Assembly (NCBI GenBank): GCA_050253335.1
Contig: JBFWJG010000055.1
Location: forward strand, 1-13,516
Reading direction: 5' to 3'
Length of the DNA: 13,516 nt
From: Deferribacterales bacterium
GTDB lineage: Bacteria; Chrysiogenota; Deferribacteres; Deferribacterales; Geovibrionaceae
Shown here: piece by piece, positions 1 through 6,815 of the stretch
Layout of the letters: each line of letters begins with the position of its first letter
Position numbering within the stretch: position 1 is the first letter of the stretch
The notes under the pieces: model-generated
Told to the model about the DNA's origin: nothing
Database searches by the model: none
The model's input: only the letters and a program-made list of their open reading frames with translations
Program-made: the position numbers and the translations under genes

Positions 1-1079
1 GGCAGGAACATTTCAAAAGAGGCTACGAAGTGGTCTACGGCCCCGCGATCCTTAAATCCGATATGTGGAAGCGCTCCGGTCACTACGACAACTACGGCGA
101 GAATATGTACTTCACAAAGATTGACGATGTGGAATTCGGCATAAAACCCATGAACTGCGTCAACCATATAATGGTGTACAAGTCAGACCTGAGAAGCTAC
201 CGTGACCTGCCTCTCAAGCTTTTCGAACTCGGAACGGTTCACAGGCACGAGAAATCCGGCGTTCTTCACGGACTTATGCGTGTGCGCGCCTTCACTCAGG
301 ATGACGCCCACGTTTTCTGCACGCCGGAACAGCTTAACGATGAAATTGTCAAAATCATAGACTTCGTGACGGATGTAATGAGTGTTTTCGGCTTCGAGTT
401 TGAGATTGAGGTTTCAACCAAGCCCGAAAAATACATAGGCAGTGACGACAACTGGGAAAAAGCCACGACAGCGCTTTTCGAAGCTCTGAAAATCAAGGAT
501 CTTCCCTATCAGATTAACGAAGGGGACGGCGCTTTCTACGGCCCCAAAATCGACATTAAGCTGAAAGACGCTATCGGCCGTTTCTGGCAGTGCGCGACAA
601 TTCAGGCGGATTTCAACCTGCCCGAACGTTTTGACCTCTCCTACATCGGCGAGGACGGGCAGAAGCACAGACCGATCATGCTCCACAGAGTTATTCTCGG
701 TTCTGTGGACAGATTTATCGGTGTACTCACCGAACATTTCGCGGGCAGCTTCCCTCTGTGGATAGCGCCTGTTCAGGTAAGGGTGATGAACATCACCGAT
801 GATTCTCTTGAAATGTGCAAAAAAACGGAAGCCGCTCTCAGGGCGGAAGGTTTCCGTGTGGAAGGGGATTACAGGAACGAGAAAATCAACCTTAAAATCC
901 GTGAAGCACAGCTTGAGAAAATCCCCCACATGATTATTCTCGGCAAAAACGAAGTGGAAAACGGCACTCTCACTGTAAGGTTAAGAGACGGAGAAAATAA
1001 AAATAATCTTGATCTTTCCGCTTATATTGGTGTATTAAGAGGGCTTGACATAGATAAGTCACTTGAATTATGGAGGTGA
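1..1079 (+). CDS. thrS: Threonyl-tRNA synthetase, 3' part (5' end lies outside the window)
   Basis: The frame is open from position 3 ([14 protein letters not shown]...), so the GTG at 30 is internal. ThrRS motifs: [68 protein letters not shown], plus the C-terminal anticodon-binding domain ([11 protein letters not shown]). Confidence 0.99.
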   Translation, partial: QEHFKRGYEVVYGPAILKSDMWKRSGHYDNYGENMYFTKIDDVEFGIKPMNCVNHIMVYKSDLRSYRDLPLKLFELGTVHRHEKSGVLHGLMRVRAFTQDDAHVFCTPEQLNDEIVKIIDFVTDVMSVFGFEFEIEVSTKPEKYIGSDDNWEKATTALFEALKIKDLPYQINEGDGAFYGPKIDIKLKDAIGRFWQCATIQADFNLPERFDLSYIGEDGQKHRPIMLHRVILGSVDRFIGVLTEHFAGSFPLWIAPVQVRVMNITDDSLEMCKKTEAALRAEGFRVEGDYRNEKINLKIREAQLEKIPHMIILGKNEVENGTLTVRLRDGENKNNLDLSAYIGVLRGLDIDKSLELWR

Positions 1080-1082
1080 GTC

Positions 1083-1622
1083 ATACGCGGCAGGCAACAG
1101 CAATCGCTCGACAGAGAAAGGATGAACGAAGAAATAACTTCTTCTGAAGTAAGGTTAATACTTGATGACGGCAGTCAAAGAGGAGTAGTACCGATAAAGG
1201 AGGCTCTGGCTCTTGCAGCCGAAGCCGGGCTTGATCTCGTCGAGGTATCAGCAAGTGCGACACCTCCCGTTTGCCGTGTCATGGACTTCAGCAAATATAA
1301 GTTCGAGAAGAATAAGAAAGATCGTGAGGCGCGCAAAAAACAGCGCCAGAATCAGATCGAAACAAAAGAAATCAAATTCCGTCCGAAGATAGAAGATCAT
1401 GACTACCAGACGAAGCTGAGGCACATCAGACGTTTCCTTGAAGAAGGAGACAAGGTCAAGCTTGTGATTCGTTTCAGAGGCAGAGAAATGATGTTTCAGG
1501 ACAGCGGAACGGAATTGTTAAAGAGAGTGACGGAGGACGTCACAGGCTTAGGAGTCGTGGAAAAGACACCTGAGATGCAGGGTCGTCAGCAGGTGATGAT
1601 CATTTCGCCTGTTAACAACTAA
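1083..1622 (+). CDS. infC: Translation initiation factor IF-3; probable ATA start at 1083
   Basis: IF3 motifs NEEI...VRLI, GLDLVEV...PPVCRVMD, KEIKFRPKI, GDKVK..IRFRGRE. SD GGAGG at 1072-1076 lies 6 nt before an in-frame ATA (1083-1085). The ATG at 1122 falls inside the conserved R-x-N-E-x-I motif. Confidence 0.95.
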   Translation: MRGRQQQSLDRERMNEEITSSEVRLILDDGSQRGVVPIKEALALAAEAGLDLVEVSASATPPVCRVMDFSKYKFEKNKKDREARKKQRQNQIETKEIKFRPKIEDHDYQTKLRHIRRFLEEGDKVKLVIRFRGREMMFQDSGTELLKRVTEDVTGLGVVEKTPEMQGRQQVMIISPVNN

Positions 1623-1639
1623 TTTTCGGAGGTAGGCTA

Positions 1640-1837
1640 ATGCCTAAGATGAAAACCCATAAGGGCGCTGTCAAAAGATTTAAAGTAACCGGCAGCGGAA
1701 AGGTTAAGTACAAAAAAGGCTTTTTGAGGCACATCCTCACCTCAAAAAGCAGCGGAAGAAAGCGCGCATTGCGCCACCCTGGCATCCTTGAAGGACAAGA
1801 CGCAGCAAATATCAAAAAACTGCTGCCGTACGCTTAA
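1640..1837 (+). CDS. rpmI: 50S ribosomal protein L35
   Basis: MPKMKTHKGAVKRFKVTGSGK...HILT; SD GGAGG upstream; canonical infC-rpmI-rplT order. Confidence 0.99.
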   Translation: MPKMKTHKGAVKRFKVTGSGKVKYKKGFLRHILTSKSSGRKRALRHPGILEGQDAANIKKLLPYA

Positions 1838-1854
1838 TGTAAGGAGGACGAACA

Positions 1855-2202
1855 GTGCCAAGAGCAAAAGGCGGGGTCAAAGCCCGCAAACGTCACAAAA
1901 AATGGCTTGAGGTCTCCAAAGGCTTTCAGGGCGCAGCGAACAATGTCTACAAAAAAAGCCGCGAGCAGGGCGAACGCGCTCTTGCTGAGGCTTACAAAGG
2001 CAGAAAACGCAGAAAACGCGACTTCAGAACTCTTTGGATCATAAGGATCGGAGCCGCCGTAAGACAATACGGCCTCAGCTACAGCACCTTCATCGGCAAG
2101 CTGAAAGAGAAGAACATCACCCTCGACAGGAAATCGCTTTCTGAAATGGCTATTAAAAGCCCCGAACAGTTTGAGCAGCTTGTTAAACAGGTAAACGCTT
2201 AG
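1855..2202 (+). CDS. rplT: 50S ribosomal protein L20
   Basis: GTG start after AAGGAGG; MPRAKGG...[16 protein letters not shown]...YSTFI...[10 protein letters not shown]. Confidence 0.99.
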   Translation: MPRAKGGVKARKRHKKWLEVSKGFQGAANNVYKKSREQGERALAEAYKGRKRRKRDFRTLWIIRIGAAVRQYGLSYSTFIGKLKEKNITLDRKSLSEMAIKSPEQFEQLVKQVNA

Positions 2203-2338
2203 CGATCAGACCTGTTTGAAAGCTGCTCAAAAGTAGCGAAGGCGGGTTGAACCCAACTGAGCGTGTCTGCAAAAAGACAGAATGTACTTTTTACAGCGGT
2301 AAATTAAGAGGCAGCTTGTTAAACAGGTAAACGCTTAG
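2175..2338 (+). repeat. Exact 28-bp direct repeat of the rplT 3' end (2175-2202 and 2311-2338) flanking a 108-bp insert
   Basis: GCAGCTTGTTAAACAGGTAAACGCTTAG occurs at both positions; the repeat ends exactly at the rplT TAG stop. Confidence 0.97.
2203..2310 (+). mobile_element. Structured ~108-bp insertion element, copy 1
   Basis: AGCGAAG (2235-2241), short hairpin, GAGCGTGT (2259-2266), stem CTGCAAAAAG/CTTTTTACAG around ACAGAATGT (2277-2285). Flanked by a 28-bp direct repeat. Mobility is inferred from that duplication. Confidence 0.7.
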
Positions 2339-2367
2339 TATTAAGGTTTTATCTGTAGAAGGATACG

Positions 2368-2403
2368 AAAAAGGGAAATCCTGATCAGGGTTTCCCTTTT
2401 TTT
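2368..2403 (+). terminator. Intrinsic terminator of thrS-infC-rpmI-rplT, copy 1 (bidirectional type)
   Basis: AAAAAGGGAAATCCTGATCAGGGTTTCCC followed by 7 T; the A-tract on the left gives a U-tract on the minus strand. Confidence 0.85.
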
Positions 2404-2406
2404 GTG

Positions 2407-2512
2407 TAAAAATACATGGCTGTATTTTCGCCGTGCGCAGCGAAGCCGTGTTTACCACGGCGCGAGCGTGTACAAAAATCCGACAGGACGTGCGGATTTT
2501 TGCGGCAAATCA
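2407..2512 (+). mobile_element. Structured ~106-bp insertion element, copy 2
   Basis: Hairpin AAAATACA-TGGC-TGTATTTT (2409-2428), CGCCGTGCG (2429-2437), AGCGAAG (2439-2445), hairpin CCGTG-TTTAC-CACGG, GAGCGTGT (2464-2471), stem CAAAAATCCG/CGGATTTTTG around ACAGGACGT (2483-2491). Flanked by a 45/46-bp direct repeat. Confidence 0.75.
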
Positions 2513-2518
2513 GATACG

Positions 2519-2555
2519 AAAAAAGGGAAACCCTGATCAGGGTTTCCCTTTTTTT
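2519..2555 (+). terminator. Intrinsic terminator, copy 2 (perfect 36-bp palindrome 2519-2554)
   Basis: AAAAAAGGGAAACCCTGA|TCAGGGTTTCCCTTTTTT, plus one further T. Confidence 0.85.
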
Positions 2556-2566
2556 GTGCCGGAGCA

Positions 2567-2682
2567 CGTCATTCTGAGCGTCAGCGAAGAATCTCACTGC
2601 CGCGAGCAAATCAGTTCTGTGTTTCTGAGATTCTTCACCCTTCGGGTTCAGAATGACGCTTCGACTGAGGTCATTCTGAGCG
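2567..2682. repeat. REP-like inverted doublet of the GTCATTCTGAGCG..GAAGAATCTC type, plus a partial third unit
   Basis: Left arm CGTCATTCTGAGCGTCAGCGAAGAATCTCA (2567-2596). Right arm TGAGATTCTTCACCCTTCGGGTTCAGAATGACG (2626-2658) is its inverted counterpart. A truncated GTCATTCTGAGCG follows at 2670-2682. Confidence 0.8.
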
Positions 2683-2746
2683 ATTGCTCTAATTTATATT
2701 GCCCTCTTTAGGTATTTAATATAACATGGTTCTATATGGAGGAGCT

Positions 2747-3523
2747 ATGGGCAATTCTGAAATAATCATCGAGAAAAACAATCATAAAGGCTATATCACC
2801 CTGAACCGCACTGCGGAGAACAATGCGTTCGGCATAGAGTTTGCGGTGCTCCTTAATCAGGCGCTCAAGGATTTTGACAATGATGATGAAGTCCGGGTGG
2901 TCATCATACGCAACAACGGGAAGCATTTTTCCGTCGGCATTGACCTGAAAGTTCTGGAAAGTGTTGAGGATGAAAAGCTTCTGGAGTTCATAGCCCTGAT
3001 GGATATGCATAATCACACCATTGCGAACATGAAGAAGCCGGTTATTTCCTCCGTAAAAGGTTACTGCGTGGCAAACGGCGCGGGGTTGAGCTTCGCCTGC
3101 GACCTTACTGTTGCCGCTCAGTCCGCTGTGTTCGGCACTACGGCTGTCAACGTAGGGCTTATCTGCACCGGCCCCGGCATTCCGCTGACCAAGAACATCG
3201 GCAAAAAGAAAGCGATGGAAATGGTGCTTCTGGGCGAAAGGTTCACAGCAGAGATGATGCATGGGATGGGGCTTGTGAACTGGGTTGTGCCGGATGATGA
3301 ACTGGAAAAAAAGACAGATGAGATAGCCGATGCCATAGCCGCAAAAAGCCCTCTGGCGGTTTCAGCGGGAAAAAGAGGAATCAGCGGTTCATACGACATG
3401 GGTTACCATGCGGCTATAGATAACGGAACGAGAGTTTTTGCCGAACTCTGCGCAACTGAAGACGCGGCGGAAGGGATAAGGGCGTTCCTTGAAAAAAGAA
3501 AAGCGGAGTGGAAACTGCGCTGA
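2747..3523 (+). CDS. Enoyl-CoA hydratase/isomerase (crotonase superfamily) protein
   Basis: ITLNR..NAF, FSVGIDL, KPVISSVKGYCVANG, ACDL, AMEMVLLGE, GLVNWVVP, EDAAEGIRAFLEKR. Start placed at ATG 2747 after GGAGGAG (2738-2744); ATG 2726 is the alternative. Confidence 0.92.
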   Translation: MGNSEIIIEKNNHKGYITLNRTAENNAFGIEFAVLLNQALKDFDNDDEVRVVIIRNNGKHFSVGIDLKVLESVEDEKLLEFIALMDMHNHTIANMKKPVISSVKGYCVANGAGLSFACDLTVAAQSAVFGTTAVNVGLICTGPGIPLTKNIGKKKAMEMVLLGERFTAEMMHGMGLVNWVVPDDELEKKTDEIADAIAAKSPLAVSAGKRGISGSYDMGYHAAIDNGTRVFAELCATEDAAEGIRAFLEKRKAEWKLR

Positions 3524-3610
3524 AGCAGTGTTAAGCAGGATCACTGAAGTAATAAAACTGAAACTGCCGCTGTTTTCAGGGGTTAGTTACGGATTTGTTA
3601 TGTGTCAGAA

Positions 3611-3634
3611 AGGGAAGCCGCTGCGGGCTTCCCT
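3611..3634 (-). terminator. Hairpin terminator between the convergent crotonase and phosphoesterase genes
   Basis: AGGGAAGCC-GCTGCG-GGCTTCCCT, 9-bp stem; only a short T run follows on the minus strand. Confidence 0.6.
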
Positions 3635-3681
3635 ATCAAGTTATTTAATGTAATACGGAAAATTGCCGGAATTGTATTAAA

Positions 3682-5592
3682 CTACATTCCTTTAACCACA
3701 GCGAAATAGCCGTTGTAGTTTATCACAGCCCAGACTGTGTTTGTTGCCGTGTCAACGCCCCAAGTGCCGAGCTTATCCCCTTCCTGCCAAGCGCGCTGAA
3801 CAAATGTATTGCCTCCGCCGAAATTCTGATCAACAGCATTTATCCATGTGCCGTCATCGTCATTTGTTGCGATGCCGAATTTGCCACCGGCAATCTCAGA
3901 GGAACTTACTTTTGATGAGTCATAGCTCATTGAGAGTGTAAATACATCAGTCTGTTCGCTCCCCATGGTATAAGTCATACCGTTCAGGAAGAAAATTTCA
4001 CTCAGTGAGTCCTGCGGAGTAAGCCAGCCGGTGTTTACATGAAGATTAAATCTGCGCCCGGAAGCTGTTTCCTGCTGGAGGTTGCCGTTTTTACCGTTGA
4101 TTATTTTTGCGTTGGTTCCGCCTGTGCTTGTGGAATCAACTACTGTGAGGCTGCCCCCCTGAGCGATGATATATTCTTCTCCGTTGAGGCTGTAGCCGAA
4201 GGTCTCTTTCTTGGTGAAGTTCATTGTGGGAGTGGTGGTGAAGCTGTCTTCCGTATATGCGGGTGATGAGTAGAAGTCCACGGTGACAACGGGCCCGTCA
4301 ACGGTGAAGATATAATAGCCTACGGAATAAAGCTCCTGAGCTACGTTCTTCTGCCGTATGCCTCCCCAGAGGAGTGCATCGTTTGATTTGTTGACAGGTG
4401 TAAGTCCGTATGCTGCTGCGGTGCTTTCAACATCGCTTCCCGGTGTATAGAATTTTGAGCTGTTGGAAACACAGACAAGCTGCTGAACCTTTGCAGTGGA
4501 ACCGTCTTTGGTGTAGACAAGGCTTCTGTCATGCATATGGTCGTGCCCGTTTATGTGGAAGCGCACTCCGTTTTGTTCAAGGCTGGTGATATAGTCGTCA
4601 AGGCCGGGTGAGTCAAAAGTTGTAAAATCAGGTGCGGTTACATCGTTCACAGTGTAACCGAACATATTGTCAATGTGATCCTGCGTTAGCAGTCCTTTGT
4701 GAGCAAAGCAGAATGCATGTGTGCCGGAGCTTCTGCCGGCAAGCTGTGCGTCTATCCAGCTCTGCTGAAATCTGATGGGATTTGAAGTGGTTTCAACTGC
4801 GTTTATCACGGGCGTTGTGTCGTGTGAAAGCCCGTCTTCGCCTTTGAAGTGATCAAGAAGGACAAAGCGGACATTTTCATAATCGAAAGAGTAGGAGAGT
4901 CCGGTCATGTCATCCGTTTCAGCAGCGGAAGGGCTTGAGAAGTTTCTGCCTAATGTGAATTCGTTGGTGTTTGTTCTGACAATTTCAGGCAGCCAGTTTA
5001 TGTCAGGGTTTACTGCTGAATAGGCATCAGACTGAACGGAGTAAACGTTGTGCACTCCGCCGATTGTCTGAGGAAAAAAGCTGCGGAACTGTGCAGCAGC
5101 CGCAGCAGAGTCATCATGATTTCCTCTCAGGGGGAAAAAGCCTATGCCTTCGTTATAAAGCCTCTGAGCATAACGCGCTCTTACTCCGAAACCGTCAAAC
5201 GGAGTGTAATTGACAGTTGTATCTGTTGGGACATGTTTTGCTGTGAAGTTTTGTTTGGCATCATCAGTGAGGTCGCCCACTGCCACAACAAGCTTGACTC
5301 CGTGCCTAACAAATTCGTCATTAAGGCTGTTGATTATGTCCACTGCTGTTGATGCGGGGTTTTTACCGTCATCATCTTTTGTCCACTGGGTATCGGAAAT
5401 GATGCCGAACTTCCATGCTCCGCTTGTGGGGAGTACTGCTCTGGGAGCAGCGGGTCTGTCCGGAGTATCAGAACCGGATGAACCGCCGCAGCCTACTGTC
5501 ATTCCCACAGCGGCGGCACTCATTGCCGTTGCTGAGAGTTTAAGGAACTGGCGTCTGCCCAGTCCGGTGTTCTTTTCATTTTTCTGTGACAT
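3682..5592 (-). CDS. Tat-exported (probable lipoprotein) calcineurin-like metallophosphoesterase, 636 aa
   Basis: ATG at 5592 with GGAGG 6 nt upstream. Signal GRRQFLK, hydrophobic stretch, TVGC lipobox, then a GGSSGS linker. Metallophosphoesterase motifs in canonical order: ISDTQ, VGDLTD, RGNHD, FAHK, NGHDH. Confidence 0.88.
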   Translation of the reverse strand: MSQKNEKNTGLGRRQFLKLSATAMSAAAVGMTVGCGGSSGSDTPDRPAAPRAVLPTSGAWKFGIISDTQWTKDDDGKNPASTAVDIINSLNDEFVRHGVKLVVAVGDLTDDAKQNFTAKHVPTDTTVNYTPFDGFGVRARYAQRLYNEGIGFFPLRGNHDDSAAAAAQFRSFFPQTIGGVHNVYSVQSDAYSAVNPDINWLPEIVRTNTNEFTLGRNFSSPSAAETDDMTGLSYSFDYENVRFVLLDHFKGEDGLSHDTTPVINAVETTSNPIRFQQSWIDAQLAGRSSGTHAFCFAHKGLLTQDHIDNMFGYTVNDVTAPDFTTFDSPGLDDYITSLEQNGVRFHINGHDHMHDRSLVYTKDGSTAKVQQLVCVSNSSKFYTPGSDVESTAAAYGLTPVNKSNDALLWGGIRQKNVAQELYSVGYYIFTVDGPVVTVDFYSSPAYTEDSFTTTPTMNFTKKETFGYSLNGEEYIIAQGGSLTVVDSTSTGGTNAKIINGKNGNLQQETASGRRFNLHVNTGWLTPQDSLSEIFFLNGMTYTMGSEQTDVFTLSMSYDSSKVSSSEIAGGKFGIATNDDDGTWINAVDQNFGGGNTFVQRAWQEGDKLGTWGVDTATNTVWAVINYNGYFAVVKGM

Positions 5593-5669
5593 ATATATCC
5601 TCCGCAAAATATTGCTAAGGTAATATGAAACCTCGGAATCAGAAAAATGTTGTGCATAATGATAATAAA

Positions 5670-5696
5670 TGTCAGGAAGTGTCAGGTTTTGTTAAT
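5670..5696 (-). promoter_or_regulatory. Candidate OmpR/PhoB-family operator (three direct repeats, 10-bp period) upstream of the phosphoesterase
   Basis: + strand TGTCAGG (5670), TGTCAGG (5680), TGTTAAT (5690); minus strand TTAACA-N4-CTGACA-N4-CTGACA. Confidence 0.4.
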
Positions 5697-5726
5697 GCCC
5701 ACACAGACATTTCCCAAAATAATTCC

Positions 5727-5756
5727 TTGCCATTTTGCACCTGTTTTTAATATCAT
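5727..5756 (+). promoter_or_regulatory. Candidate sigma70 promoter for pheST
   Basis: TTGCCA (5727-5732)-N18-TATCAT (5751-5756), 42 nt before pheS. pheS follows a divergent gene, so it needs its own promoter here. Confidence 0.5.
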
Positions 5757-5798
5757 GCTTGTTCTAATGATTTTGCGAAATAAAGCGGAGAACGATAA

Positions 5799-6815
5799 AT
5801 GCAGCTCGACATAAGCGGACTCGACAGTTACAGGACGGAGATTGCTCAGGCAGCCTCTCTTGATGCCCTGTATCAGGTGAAAGTGAAATATCTCGGTAAA
5901 AACGGGCTAATAAGCAACCTTAACAGACAGCTCAAGGATATATCCTCCCATGAGGATAAAAAAGAGGCGGGAACGAAAATAGGCGCCCTCCGTGCGGATT
6001 TCGAAGCCCTGCACGATGCCAGAGAGCTTGAGCTTAAAAGCGCCGAGAAAAACGCCAGACTCACCGGTGAATCTCTGGACATAACACTCCCCGGCCTTCC
6101 TTTTACATCTGGAAGCATACATCCTGTCACCAGAGTTTTTGACGAGATAGTGGATATTTTCAGCGCCATGGGTTTCGAAGTGGCCATAGGGCCGGAGGTC
6201 GAGCATGACTTCTATAACTTCGAGGCGCTCAACATCCCCAAAGAGCACCCCGCAAGAGACATGCAGGACACGTTTTACATAACAGATGAAATACTTATGC
6301 GCACGCACACTTCCCCCGTGCAGGTGCGTACAATGCTGAAAAACAAGCCTCCTGTGAAGATAATCGCCCCCGGAAAGGTTTACCGCTGTGACAGCGACAT
6401 CACCCACACGCCCATGTTCCATCAGGTTGAGGGGCTCCTTGTGGATGAAAGAACCACCTTCGGCGATCTGAAAGGGATTCTCACCGTATTTATACAGAAG
6501 ATGTTCGGCGATAACGTGCCCGTGCGCTTCCGCCCCAGCTTCTTCCCCTTCACTGAGCCCAGCGCAGAGGTGGATATGGGATGCGTAATCTGCGGAAGCA
6601 AGGGATGCCGTGTGTGCAAACAGACCGGCTGGCTTGAAATCCTCGGCTGCGGAATGGTTGACCCTGCCGTGTTCAAGCATGTGGACTATGATTCGGAAAA
6701 ATACAGAGGCTTCGCCTTCGGTATGGGTATCGAGCGTATCGCCATGCTGAAATACGGCATAGACGATTTACGCCTCTTCTTTGAGAATCACCTTAAATTT
6801 TTGAGGCAGTTTTAG
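5799..6815 (+). CDS. pheS: Phenylalanyl-tRNA synthetase alpha subunit
   Basis: GSIHP, HPARDMQDTFY, RTHTSPVQ, PGKVYRCD, THTPMFHQVEG, FRPSFFPFTEPSAEVD, CxxC-xxx-CxxC, WLEILGCGMV, GFAFGMGIERIAML. Confidence 0.99.
   Translation: MQLDISGLDSYRTEIAQAASLDALYQVKVKYLGKNGLISNLNRQLKDISSHEDKKEAGTKIGALRADFEALHDARELELKSAEKNARLTGESLDITLPGLPFTSGSIHPVTRVFDEIVDIFSAMGFEVAIGPEVEHDFYNFEALNIPKEHPARDMQDTFYITDEILMRTHTSPVQVRTMLKNKPPVKIIAPGKVYRCDSDITHTPMFHQVEGLLVDERTTFGDLKGILTVFIQKMFGDNVPVRFRPSFFPFTEPSAEVDMGCVICGSKGCRVCKQTGWLEILGCGMVDPAVFKHVDYDSEKYRGFAFGMGIERIAMLKYGIDDLRLFFENHLKFLRQF

Larger units (their letters stand above)
2362..2558 (+). repeat. 45/46-bp direct repeat of the terminator (2362-2406 and 2513-2558) flanking a 106-bp insert
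   Basis: GATACG-A5/A6-GGGAAA[T/C]CCTGATCAGGGTTTCCC-T7-GTG; the copies differ by one A indel and one T/C substitution. Confidence 0.97.

Noticed and set aside
2203..2310. Prophage or integrative-element attL/attR at rplT or pheS
   Set aside because: Duplicated gene 3' ends resemble att sites, but the enclosed DNA is only ~108 bp, no integrase is present, and the same element occurs at three unrelated targets.
2175..2558. CRISPR array suggested by repeat-spacer-repeat patterns
   Set aside because: Each repeat occurs only twice and is host sequence; the 'spacers' are ~107 bp and resemble one another; no cas genes are present.
2385..2711. ORFs 2385-2609 (-) and 2433-2711 (+)
   Set aside because: They run through palindromic repeats and a terminator, have no clear SD and show no recognisable protein features; most likely repeat-derived artefacts.
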